DNA of 64,000 nucleotides from Camelus dromedarius (lineage: Eukaryota), in NCBI RefSeq assembly GCF_036321535.1, contig NC_087437.1, positions 64,482,001 through 64,546,000 on the forward strand, written 5' to 3'. Position numbers and translations under genes: made by a program. Shown one piece after another: positions 30,201 to 39,944 of this stretch. Numbering within the stretch: position 1 is the stretch's first letter; every line of letters starts with the position of its first letter. The notes beneath the pieces were generated by a model. It was not told where the DNA came from. It did not search any database and saw nothing but the letters and a program-made list of their open reading frames with translations.

Positions 30201-33200
30201 TGAAGGTTTAAAGAAGAGAGATGACTGAAATCTCTAGTAGATGATGGGCAGACGAGTTGTGTACTTCCAGAGAAATAAGGAAGCCAGAAGAGGACACTGG
30301 TTTGCTGAGGAGGATGACACAGGTGGCTTCAGACATGTTGGCTCTAACACATTTTCCAGTAAGAAGGTCAGACACAAGGCATGGAATTTAGAAGACAGAG
30401 CAGGCTGGAAATACAGACTTGGAAATGCCAGAATGTGTTGACCACCAGTGACCAGTACTTCTCCACTCTTGCCCTTCTCTTTTCTCCAGGTTCTTTCAAT
30501 TGCTTGTTTCTACCTTTCAAGCACAGCCTAACTCAGCTTAGCTTAGAACAGGACATTGGCTAAGTGCTCACGTGCCCTGAGGTTGCTGTGTGCCTTGATT
30601 GACCTTCCTCTGCTCTGTCCACTACTTGTCAATCTTCACTTGAAGCTCTGGGTTTCAGGCATGCCTCGTGCATCCATGATGCAGCATCCTCTGCTCCCTT
30701 CATCCTTGAGATAAGGAACCTGTTAGGGAACTACCCTCCAGCCCTCACTGTGCTCAGTTCTGAAAACTATCTGCATTCCAATTCATTTCACGAGTCCTAG
30801 TCTTAGGACCACTGTCATGATTCAGTGTGAAGCAACCATTCAACAAAGGACCTCCTCTTCCATCTCTTAAAGAGAGCAGCTTAAGTATCTTGTTGAAAAC
30901 TACCCAACTTCCTAGCTGTTTATCACCATTAGAGTTGGGCTCAGGATAAAATAGGTAAGTAAATGGGTCTAAAATGTCCAGGACAATGAGAAGTCCATTG
31001 GTGGGGTGGGGTTAGATGGCTCTTCCTGAGAATACACTTGGGAATTCTAAGCAAATCTGAAACAGTGCTAACAAATCACTTAAGACAGAATGAAATCTAC
31101 AAAACTGTAAGAAACACAAACGATTAAATTCCAGATGTGAGAAATGGCACAGACTATAAACATACTACAAATATAAAACCACTTCCTGGCCCCAAATTGA
31201 GCCTGAGGGTACAGCACTAGGGCATCTTCCAAGAAATAGATAAGGGCTTAGGGGGTCACAGTGAACACTGGGAGTTGGCTAAGCCAGTTCCACATCTGAA
31301 GAACAGAAAGCAGAACTTCCTCAAAAGATACAAAAAAATCTTATCTCACAAGAAATCATGAGTTTCTTAAGAGAACCATGCATGGATTCTACAGTTTAAA
31401 GTGCATCCATGTTAGGTAAAAACAACCTCAGTCATTTTGACAAGTAAAGGCAGCTCTCATCCCAGAGCCATTCTCAAAAAGAGAAAGCTGCAAAAATCTA
31501 AACACGTTCTTTAGACAATTTCAATTTTAGAGGACAATATTTAGACTTTTTTTTTTTTTAATTTCTTTCCCCTAAGATTTGGATATATGTATCACTTTCT
31601 CTCTCTTGCTTGGCCATTCAGCACAGTTCATCATTTCCTCACCTTTATAACAGCATGCTTAGCCAGGAAAACTAGTGGCTTCTTTGGTAAGTACCAGGTA
31701 TCACAAGAGGCCAGCACCCAGACACTAGTCAAGCGGCAGCATCCACAACAGCTACAGCAGATGGGACAAGAAGAGCTGCTGCTGGCCTGGAGGGCTGCAC
31801 CCACTTTCTGTACCCAGCGTTCACAAAGCAGCGCTAACAGACTTAGCCGCACACAGCACCCACTGTCACGTCACTTCTTTGCTTCTCAATGGCTGGCGGG
31901 GCACAGGTGGACTCTTAAAGTCAGTTCATCCACCTCCCAGGTACCTCTTTACCCTCCCCTCGATTGCAAAGTGTCTCCCCACAGAGAGAGCTGTTCCCGT
32001 CCTTCTGACCTGAGCCCTTAGAGCTCAAGGGGCAACCTTTGCACAGCTGGCTGAGAGGATGTAGGTGATGCAGCCCAAAGCATCTCTCAGCTGAGCAATG
32101 CTGTCTTGTGAAGTCAAGAAGAGAGGGGTGACCTCTGCAACGCAAAGCCTTTAAGAAAAGCAAAATTGCCTAGTGAATGAGAAGTTACCTGATTCTTTGA
32201 CATGTTCTTTGGTCTTGGATTCCTGAAACCCAAACAATAAAGGAACATTAATAAATTACTAATAATTTCTTTACATTAAGAAAGTCTCCCTGGGACCAGC
32301 CTGGAGATGGAAAGTCTACAGAAATGATAACAGCTCAGGTAGTGATGCTGTTGAATGCATGTCACATGCGGTGGCGTCCATTTACTCCGCACACAAATCA
32401 CGGGTAAAAACAAGCCACAAATAAGAGAAACCCCAAAGGAACACCAGGTGTTTGGGGTAAGACCTAAATCAGAGAAACAGCCCAGCTCCTGTTCTTTTCC
32501 CTGTGTAACAATTATTATTTACTATTAACAAGCACTGTGCCACATGCCTTATGGAGGATATCTCATTTAATCCTCACAATGATCCAACAATCCACAGAGG
32601 TAAATACCATGACTCTCCGATTTTACAATCGAGGAAAAACTTAGTACATGCAATATAGATCAATCGCTGTCCCCTCAAAACCGACTGAAAATAAAACAAA
32701 TACAGCGAGTTCCAGGTTATTAAGCACCCAGGACAAATCGACCCAAGATTTTACATCTCAAACCACCATGATGGTAACCCCCAAATCCTGAATTTTCCAA
32801 AAGTGTCTAAATCAAACAAGAAGTGCTTCCTTTTCCATTATTCCGAACCCACCCTACCCCACTCTCACTCCCTCCACATCTGTAATTATTTGCTTTTCTC
32901 ACTCCAGTTTGAGTTATAGTTCTCGTTCCACTGTATCTTCCCCACCGTGATTCCCACCCAACACGTCTTGGGAGAGCACCCCACTTCCCTTTTAATCACT
33001 CCTTTACTTACCTTTGTTGGACTTTTCCCCTCACAGCCATCATCTGGGGCTGTGGGCAACCAGACAGTTAACTTGAATGTTCCTTTTCCTGGCCATACTA
33101 ACTCATGATTCTCTCTCTCCAGAACTTGCTGCCGAACTGAAATTTTAAAAAAGCCACTGTCAAGCAATCTTTTATTCACAAAATAATTCTATAATTTCCA

Positions 33201-36200
33201 TGGGCTTCATCATCGTCAATCAACAGCTTGGTCAGTTTCTCAAGAGAGGCTGTGTGTGGTGAAAAGAGGGAAAGAATAGCAAGCAGATATGGATTAGAAT
33301 TCTATCTTTAAACTTACATTTTTTAACCCTGAGCATATTCCTTAATATGCCTTACTTACAAAGTCTCAGTCTTCTTGTTTATTAATAAGGAATTCATGAA
33401 GACTTGTCTTGAATGGGTGTTACGTGGATTAAATTAAAGAAACATGGGGGGTGGGAAGGGACAGACTGGGATTTCAAAATGTAGAATAGATAAACAAGAG
33501 TGTACTGTGTAGCACAGGGAAATATATACAGGATCTTGTGGTGGCTCACAGCGAAAGAGAATGTGACAAGGAATGTATGTATGTTTATGTATAACTGAAA
33601 AATTGTGCTCTACACTGGAATTTGACACAACATTGTAAAATGACTATAACTCAATAAAAAAAGTTTAAAAAATAATAAAATAAATAAATAAATTGAAGAA
33701 ACATTATAAAGAACTTAGTACAGTACTTGATGCTCCGTAGGCATTCAGAAACAGCAATATTTATTCCACAGTGAAGGGAAATCAATAAAGCATCCTTCAT
33801 GGAAAGTCAGTGATGCTAGGATGTGACATGATGGAAGCCATGTTTTAAGAAGGTGACTGGGTGACCATAAGCAGAATGGCGAAGAGCTTCATTTAAAAGG
33901 TATTTCAATCAATTCTTTAATCTCTGATGATACGAGCGTCACATCTGATAATAAAAGGAGTAGGAAAGGAGGGATGGGATATATTTTTACACACAAAATT
34001 AGCACATCAGGCTGCTGGGCTGTAGCGAAAAAAAAAAAAGAACAGGGGACATGAATCCAAAGACGTGGATTCAAATTCCAACTCTGCTACGAATTCGCTG
34101 AGTCACGGAGAAAATAACTTAATTTCTCTTGTGTCTCAGTTTCCTCATGTGAAGCAGTATCTGTGAATGAATTTTGTAACACCCACAAGAGCTATGTAAA
34201 CTTAAGTTATAATCATAAGGAGAAGCAGCCAGAGAGAGAAAAGGAAAATCGGTGTATCTGAGGCCATGGAGAACAGGGAGTGAGTAAATTTAGAGGAGGA
34301 GGCGTGGTCAACATAGTCACGTGGTACAAAGAGGTCAGGGTGAAGGAGAACTTTTGAGAGTGCCCTGTGTTCACAGGTGCGGCTCTGCCGTGGATGTTGG
34401 GGTACCATGTTGTGCTCTGACATGGTTGCCTGATCAGGCCAATGGTAAAGGTAGAATCTTTCATCAAGAGGAGCTTGAATAGCTTTCCCACCTCAACCAT
34501 CCATGAAGATGATGCCTTAACTGGATGCCATCTCAGAAATGGGCCTGAGAAACAATATGAGAAGGATTGCCAAACTCTAATTTCACTCTTTATGAGCAGG
34601 GCAGATGTTTTTGTATGGACTCCAGATGGGCTGCCCTAAGCTAGAGTGAGGACTGAGGACTGGACAAGACCCCTGAGCCCAGAAAGCAAGCTAAGTTTGG
34701 TAAGCCAAGCTCTCTAGAGTCATGGACCTCTGTGCTGCATTCCTTTTGTTCTTCTTTGGCAGAGTCCTGTCCAGGCATCTAAATGTACCAGCCTGTTCTG
34801 AGAATGCGTGTGATACGTACGGGCAGACCATTTCAAAAGAGCAGACAGCAAGTGATCTGCAACAAGGTGAAGGTGAATCTGAGAGGAAAAAGCGCTGAAC
34901 CGCTGACCTCTGACCACCCTTACCCACGTGGACAGGCTTCCTTCTGCACCAATCTCAGACCGTCCACATTTCATTTTATTTAAGGAGAAGATGGGTTCCC
35001 TTACCCCCAAGAAACTGACAATAATCAGGAGCCAAATTATGACAAGAAAAGAGGATAAATATACACATCTGAAACAGGGTTTAAAACCTTACATGTCAGT
35101 TTATACTTGATTTTTCAGAAGTTCAGCAAACTATATAAAGGTATACAGCTTCCAAATACTTTGTTTGCTATATGCTAAATTCTACAGAGAAGTGCTTTGA
35201 AGCTCATTCTTAGTCTGTGAATGATAAGTATCAAGTTGTGTTACACTATGAGACTGCACTTGTGGTGCCACTTCCTGCTGTGGAGGGCTGAGGGTGTCCC
35301 TGGGGAGAACTCATGCTCAGGGCGGCACTGGGGCAGGTCATTTGTTGTTAGCAAGCTCCTGACCACTTGTTGCTGAGAAAGCTGTTTCTCTGGTAGGAAA
35401 CTGAAACTGAGTAGGGACTTTCCACCCCCTAAGACCTTTTTTTCATACAAGAATTTGAGTTGAAATAAGCTTTGAGTGTCTATGCTGGGGGTACCACAAG
35501 AGGGGTGTCAACAGCCTAGGGGTGGAGGAAGGGAGGAAGTGGGCTGAGAGATGTGAAGGAAGAAACCTGGCACCTAGACTGAAATCTTTTCTGCTTTGAC
35601 TAGAACAGAATGATGTTAACATCATACAATTATATTTCTGCTATTTGTATTTTTATGAGGTTTGCAGTCTATATAAGTATTTCCCTCTTTGTTCACTCAG
35701 GGTCATCAACAAACAATAGGGATTCTCAAACTCAGCACATCAGGGTCACCTGGGGTGCTGGTTAACCGAGAAGGTTCCCACTCACCCACACTCAGGACAC
35801 CTGAGTCTCTAGGACAGACCTGGGAATGTGCTTGTTTACTGGTTGTGATTCAGATGCAAGTCCAGTCTGAGGACTATTTTTGAGGTTAATGGGATTCTAA
35901 AGAAGAAAGAAGTGTCCCTAAGGGCCAGGCCCATGGTGATGCTGACAATTGGAATCAAAGTGGTAAAACCCTTTGAGGAAGAGTGAAACGGCAGGGGCCG
36001 GGGGGCACTTCCATTGCCAAGATTCCCTTCTGAACATTCCCTGGTGAAATTAATCCTTGGAAAACATTTTGTACTTTGTTTTCATAAGGGATCTGAGTCC
36101 AGCCCGTCTCCTGTCCCCTGCCCACCTCGCTCCCTTCACACGTATCTGTGCACCCCTCTCTTCTTTGGGTTTCATTCTTCCCTTTTGGCATCCCTGCCCC

Positions 36201-38012
36201 AGAGCATTCGAGTTGCTCTCATGGCCTTGTAAGACTCCTTGGCTCTCCTCTGGCCCAAATGCTTCTCCAAATTCAGCAACAGGAAAGTGGAGACATCCTA
36301 GCTTTTGAGATTCCAATGGAAAAAGTGCGTACTCAGGGAGCAGCAGGTCACATGCCTCCCGTGCAGACCTGGTAGGTGTCTAGAGCAAGTAGCTAACTGG
36401 TGGGTCCTTGTCCTCCCACTTCCTTAATGGCAACAGCAGGAGGGGCGAACTCAGCTGCTCAGGTGCCTGTGGGGAGGGAACTTCTACCCAAGTTCAAAGG
36501 TCTTGATTAACTCAGAATGTCACCTCCTCCCAGCCTAAAGATCACCCTGAAACCAACTGAAGAGGTTCCAGCGGACAAAGATCCTTTGTGTTGGTCAACA
36601 GTATCTGCCTTTCCCCACCAGTAAGCCTCTATATTTACACCCAGACAATGAGATTCTAGACAGCACATCTGCCCTTCTCCGACCCCAGAACCACTGGGAA
36701 TCTCCATGAACACTGTGGAGAAATCCCTGTGACTCATCATATTGCTTTACCCCTCTTTCCCCATCTAAATGATAAGAGAAAGCACAGGGGCTCTCCCTCT
36801 CCTTCTCCCTCAAATGGAGCGGCCACCATTCCCATGGAATCAGTTACCAAATCCAGAACAGAGCATGAACATGTATCTTCCATCCTCACAGACTCTGCTT
36901 GTTCAAGGCCTCACTTCTCCTGACTTGAATATTGTACAACCCTCTTCAAAGGTCTGAGATCGGCAGTCTCTCCCAACAAAAATCAACATACTTATTTTCA
37001 ACCAAATGTATCTCCTTAAAGCGCATTTGTACATGACTCCTGCCTACCTGTGAGGAAAAGTTCATACTTCTTAGCATGTCATACAAGGCCCTCTCTCATC
37101 TCAACCCAACTTTCTATTAGCCTTAATGTCCTCCCCACTTTTTTTTTAAGAGATTTAATAAGAGATTTTTTAAAAAATATAAGCACTTTCTTTGTCATCT
37201 GATACAATTTCCCTGACCCTACGTGTTCTTTTTAGTCCCAGCCCTCAGACCTTGCTTGTGTACAGGGATAAGGAGAGAGATCACTCCTCAAACCAAACCT
37301 GCCCCAGGGTGCCCCAAACGTCCCTGGAAGCGCGTTTGCTGTCTTGCCCCCCAGCACTCGTTTGTACAGTGAGCTCCTGTCTGAAGAGTTCTCCTCAATA
37401 TCTCGCTTATGGCTTTCCCCGGGAAAATCTCTCTTCCCTTCAAAGTGTGCTCCCATAAACCTTTGGAGTTCCAGAACTGCTGCTTTAATAGGAAGAAGAC
37501 AAAAATTGAAACGGCATTGCAACTCCGATGTAGCCTTGTAAAATGAGGTGGGCGCACCAGCTCTCAGGCGGCTCCCTTCTGTCCTACGGTGCTAAAAGTT
37601 TATTTAACCCACGGGCGCGGTCTGCCTCCGGGAGCGCCTGGAAGCGCAGCTCAGGGGGAACCGCAGCGCCCTCAAGGCACCTTGTCCATTCCGCGCCCCT
37701 CATGCCCTCCCCTTCAGCTGCTTCTGGGTCCGGCCCGGTTCTCCCGCCGCGTGCCCCAGCCCCAAGTTTCCCCTGGAAGGAGAGCCCCGCTGTCCCCTCT
37801 CACCCGCACCCCTAGTCCCCCTCACCGTCGTTGGAGTCGAAGAGCACGAGGAAGCGGGTCGGGCTCCCCGGCTCCTGGCGGACCTCACACTCCCCGCCTC
37901 CGGATCTCCTTGGGCTCTGGAAGTACATCTGCAACTTGGTGCTCAAGTTCTTCGGGGGGTTGGGGCCCCAGGACCCTTCAACCAGCAGCGGGAAGGAGCA
38001 GGACGCAGCCAT
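3147..38012 (-). CDS. PARP14: PARP14 (ARTD8/BAL2/CoaSt6) mono-ADP-ribosyltransferase, spliced CDS exons 1-15; 3' end outside the window
   Basis: Fifteen exons with AG/GT boundaries and compatible phases: 187+125+34+243+237+2246+237+222+79+150+63+168+204+600+134 = 4929 nt. The translation matches the recalled PARP14 architecture ([17 protein letters not shown]..., three macrodomains, WWE, start of ART domain). Confidence 0.97.
4542..5141 (-). CDS. PARP14: PARP14 exon 14 (KH + WWE), 600 nt
   Basis: ttttag|CGTTTTTGG...TCTGAAG|gtgaat. Encodes [12 protein letters not shown]...[25 protein letters not shown] (WWE)...QRKSE. Confidence 0.95.
5167..5240 (+). repeat. (CCTT/CCCT)n pyrimidine microsatellite
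   Basis: Seen directly in the sequence. Confidence 0.9.
5243..6348 (-). mobile_element. L1 3' fragment (L1MA/MB-like), interrupted by a SINE
   Basis: ORF-track peptides [15 protein letters not shown] and [14 protein letters not shown] are typical of the L1 ORF2 end and 3' UTR. Confidence 0.85.
5586..5728 (-). mobile_element. Camelid tRNA-derived SINE (Vic-1-like) inserted in an L1
   Basis: Reverse strand reads GAGGGGGTAGGCTATAGCTCAAGTGGTAGAGTGCATG...GGGTTCAATCCCCAGTACC (A and B boxes), with a poly(A) tail and flanking repeat caaatctt. Confidence 0.88.
6465..6668 (-). CDS. PARP14: PARP14 exon 13, 204 nt
   Basis: ttctag|GAAGTGCC...TTGCAT|gtgagt. Encodes [10 protein letters not shown]...[23 protein letters not shown]...MSKIA. 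Confidence 0.94.
10074..10241 (-). CDS. PARP14: PARP14 exon 12 (macrodomain 3), 168 nt
   Basis: ttcccag|CTCAAC...GGACAG|gtttgt. Encodes [27 protein letters not shown]...LPAIGT. Confidence 0.95.
10561..10623 (-). CDS. PARP14: PARP14 exon 11, 63 nt
   Basis: atgtag|GGGTCTCC...CACCAAG|gtaagg. Encodes [21 protein letters not shown]. Confidence 0.94.
10943..11092 (-). CDS. PARP14: PARP14 exon 10 (macrodomain 3), 150 nt
   Basis: tgtcag|GTTCCC...AAACAG|gtactt. Encodes [50 protein letters not shown]. Confidence 0.95.
11300..12950 (+). mobile_element. Old L1 5'UTR/ORF1 relic
   Basis: Degenerate ORF1-like sequence (gacctatgggacattatcaaaagg...ggagcaccagaaggtgaggagagag...cagattcaagaagc). Boundaries are approximate. 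Confidence 0.6.
13295..13373 (-). CDS. PARP14: PARP14 exon 9, 79 nt
   Basis: ttacag|GCATTTTCAG...CACAAG|gttcag. Encodes [26 protein letters not shown]. Not in the ORF track. Confidence 0.93.
13736..13849 (+). mobile_element. Camelid tRNA-derived SINE (Vic-1-like)
   Basis: GGGGGAGGGTGTAGCTCAGT...GGGTTCAATTCCCAGTACC, A-rich tail, 14-bp TSD aaatcac(g/a)ttttca at 13722-13735 and 13850-13863. Confidence 0.88.
16290..16511 (-). CDS. PARP14: PARP14 exon 8 (macrodomain 2), 222 nt
   Basis: tttcag|ATCATGG...ATTCAG|gtacgg. Encodes [10 protein letters not shown]...[12 protein letters not shown]...DHGNIQ. Confidence 0.95.
17102..17338 (-). CDS. PARP14: PARP14 exon 7 (macrodomain 2), 237 nt
   Basis: ttcaag|ACCGATG...CACAAG|gtggga. 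Encodes [29 protein letters not shown]...TSSHK. Confidence 0.95.
18513..18673 (+). mobile_element. L1 ORF2 fragment
   Basis: gagaaaatatttgcaaat...aaaaagtgggcaaaggatgtgaacagac...ctccaaagaagatatgcaaacggcc. Confidence 0.8.
19358..21603 (-). CDS. PARP14: PARP14 exon 6 (giant exon: RRM3 end, KH region, macrodomain 1, start of macrodomain 2), 2246 nt
   Basis: tttaag|TGGTAGAC...GCCACA|gtgagt. Lies within the 791-aa ORF, from [10 protein letters not shown] to [11 protein letters not shown]. Confidence 0.97.
23375..23520 (+). mobile_element. MIR (representative; others near 18180, 22110, 22770, 26345, 34065, 41340, 62660)
   Basis: MIR core ttcaaatcctggctctg...gtgcctcagtttcttcatttataaaataggg. Confidence 0.75.
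24853..25089 (-). CDS. PARP14: PARP14 exon 5 (RRM2/3), 237 nt
   Basis: ttgtag|ATGCCG...AGAAAAG|gtaata. Encodes DAVKFVDDC...[10 protein letters not shown]. Confidence 0.95.
27177..27224 (+). repeat. (CG)n(CA)n alternating purine-pyrimidine repeat
   Basis: cacacgcgcgcgcacacacacacacatgcacacacaca. Confidence 0.9.
27430..27672 (-). CDS. PARP14: PARP14 exon 4 (RRM2), 243 nt
   Basis: aatcag|ATGTATCAG...TACTTTG|gtaaga. Encodes [10 protein letters not shown]...[10 protein letters not shown]. Confidence 0.95.
28345..28734. mobile_element. Tigger-family (TcMar) non-autonomous DNA transposon
   Basis: Inverted termini cttgaacaacacggg ... cccgtgctgttcaagagtcaactg followed by TA. Confidence 0.75.
28975..29315 (+). 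mobile_element. MaLR LTR (MLT1J/I-like)
   Basis: ...acatttcccagac...ctaatggaatatgggtggaagt...acttccaggcctggcc...gagcctggatcctgaa..., a recalled MLT1 signature. Confidence 0.6.
32189..32222 (-). CDS. PARP14: PARP14 exon 3 (micro-exon), 34 nt
   Basis: tttcag|GAATCCAAGACCAAAGAACATGTCAAAGAATCAG|gtaact. Encodes [11 protein letters not shown] and bridges phase 0 to phase 1. Not in the ORF track. Confidence 0.92.
33012..33136 (-). CDS. PARP14: PARP14 exon 2, 125 nt
   Basis: tttcag|TTCGG...ACAAAG|gtaagt. Encodes [42 protein letters not shown]. Confidence 0.95.
33446..33689 (+). mobile_element. 5'-truncated young L1 3' end with TSD
   Basis: Ends in tcaataaaaaa plus an A-rich tail. 15-bp TSD aaatt(a/g)aagaaacat at 33431-33445 and 33690-33704. 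Confidence 0.85.
35261..35540. promoter_or_regulatory. Candidate intron-1 immune enhancer (RUNX, ETS, ISRE, NF-kB)
   Basis: TGTGGT (35261), CACTTCCTG (about 35269-35277), GGAAACTGAAACT (35396-35408), GGGACTTTCC (35414-35423), GAGGAAGT (35533-35540). Confidence 0.7.
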
Positions 38013-38135
38013 CCTTACCTCAGCTAGTCCAGCTGAGACTGCTGGTCCCACCCCAAACTCCCAGAGGTTAAGTCTCTTTCGCTTTCGTTTCTTGGAAAAC
38101 TCCCGCCCAACGTTTCTTGCCTATGGCTTCCCCGG
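37540..38135. promoter_or_regulatory. CpG-rich island over PARP14 exon 1
   Basis: Visibly high GC and CpG density relative to the AT-rich flanks. Boundaries are approximate. Confidence 0.75.
37826..38012 (-). CDS. PARP14: PARP14 coding exon 1 (RRM1 N-part), 187 nt
   Basis: ATG in strong Kozak context (AGGATGG). Encodes [62 protein letters not shown]. Donor ACG|GTGAGG. Confidence 0.95.
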
Positions 38136-38137
38136 AA
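38076..38137 (-). promoter_or_regulatory. PARP14 proximal promoter: tandem IRF/ISRE, overlapping GAS, GC box, STAT6-type site
   Basis: GAAACGAAAGCGAAAG (minus strand, 38076-38091), TTCTTGGAA (38089-38097), TCCCGCCC (38101-38108) and TTCCCCGGAA (38128-38137), about 65-125 nt upstream of the ATG. PARP14 is a known interferon-stimulated gene. Confidence 0.8.
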
Positions 38138-39930
38138 AAATTTATCTTCTCTTTAAATTGTAAGTTTACAAATTCCCTTTGGCTGTAAACAGTTGCTCCA
38201 AGATTAGACTAGAAAGCTCCCAATTTTTGACCTTCATCTCTGGACCACAGCAAAGACTGGCCATCGCCTTTGTGGCTCCCCTCCGTTTGGGTACGTGGGA
38301 CCATAAACTCAGGGCACTATCTTCCACTCACCCAAGCCACAGCTGAAATCAGCAGCTCTGGGTCACTAGACCTTGTTCAGGCACAAAGATGGCTTCACTT
38401 TTGCCGCAGACTGGTATTTTACAGAGTTTTTAGAACGTTTGGGGCCCATTTGAGCGCTTCTTTCCACAATCAATTCATTATCAGAATTTTACCCTGCTTT
38501 CCTTCTTTTGCATTTGTTCCCTGATCTGTTAAGATTATGTCTAGAAATGTGAGGAAATCAGTACATTCACAGCTATTTTTTATGGAATATTTGCTAGGTG
38601 CCATGCACTCAGAATGGACGCAGCAGACAGACAGAGTCCCTGCCCTCACTGAGCTCATGAAGCTGTGGGGACAGAGGAGTTTGGACACAGTGAAATAAGT
38701 GCTTTTGGAAGGAATAACCAATGTTCCTGGAACAAATGAGGAAGGGCTCCAAGCCCAGGTGTGGGGGCTCCGGGAGGGTTTATGGGGAAGCAACGTGTAA
38801 CTGGAAGCCTAAGGGGATTGGGGATAAACTTGGAGGGTTGGGAAGAGGGGAGTTCCTTGGGATTTACTTGTGGAAGGTCATCTGAGCTGCTGAGTGGTAG
38901 CCAGGGTAGAGGCAGGAGGTCAGCCAAGTGGCTACTGTAGTGTCCCAGGTGAGAGGTGAGGGTGGCTGAGACCAGGGTGCTGGCTAAGCAGGACTGAGAA
39001 GGGGTGGGATTCCAAACTATATTGCTCTTGCTGAAGGATATGGGCAGGGAGAGAAGACACTCAAGTGCGACTCCATGGTCATCCACGCTGGCCTGAGCAA
39101 CTGAATAGTTAATAGTGGCATCTACCCAGTGGGAGCACGGAGGTGGGAGAGAGGCTAGGAATGTGTGTCTCCTTGACCATAGTAAAGGAGTGTTTCAAAT
39201 GAGAAGGAGGGATCATCATGCAAATACTACCAACACATCAGATAAGAGAATGTCTGTTGGACCCTGAGAACCTGGCAAGCACTGTCTCCTGGTGAGGGGG
39301 GAGTAGAGGGAGACGGCAGTAGACTGAGGGCCAAAAGGAAGGGAAGGAAGTAGAGGCAGCAAGCATTGTCAGCTTTTTCCGGAACTGTGACTGTGAACAA
39401 GAGGAAGAAGTTAGGTAGCATCTTGCGGGGTTATAGAATCAGGGAGTTGTTATTTTTGTTTTTCTGGCTTTTTAAATATATTTAAGATTGAAGAGTCTTA
39501 GATATGTTTAAATATTTGTAGAAAGAAGTGTAAGGAAGGTTGAGGACACAGATTGTGAGAGATGGTGGGAAGGGATACTGGAGGCACTAGCCTCAGGAAG
39601 GGGACAGTTTCCCCACTGCACCAGGAAGAAGGTGCGGGTGGAGTACGGAAGTGGGTGATTTTGAATGATTGGTGATGGGGAGGTCTGGGAATTCTCTCCT
39701 GCCGGATTCTGTTTTCTTTGTGAAGGAGGTTATGAGGTCTCTTAGACTCTGCCAAAGTTAGAGCTGCTTCTTCCTGCAGGGCTAGACCTTACGTATTGTC
39801 TCTTAGTCACAGTGAAACTAAATTTCAGGAAGAAGAGAACCAGAGATGGGTCAAAGAGTGTTTACTGGACTTTAATTTCTGATCCAGAATAATGCTAAAC
39901 CCTAAGTTACTTACTACCTCCAGCTTTCTT

Positions 39931-39944
39931 CCTGCAGGTGGCGC
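39931..39944 (+). promoter_or_regulatory. Candidate CTCF motif
   Basis: CCTGCAGGTGGCGC is one mismatch from the CCASYAGRKGGCRS core. Confidence 0.5.

Noticed and set aside
31587..32021. 144-aa plus-strand ORF in intron 3
   Set aside because: No recognisable homology or splice support; consistent with chance.
38013..38051. N-terminal extension [13 protein letters not shown] in the ORF track
   Set aside because: It begins at GTG in the probable 5' UTR. The ATG at 38012 has a strong Kozak context and matches the known N-terminus.
37543..38163. Overlapping plus-strand ORFs of 90-160 aa
   Set aside because: Expected from stop-codon depletion in a GC-rich CpG island.
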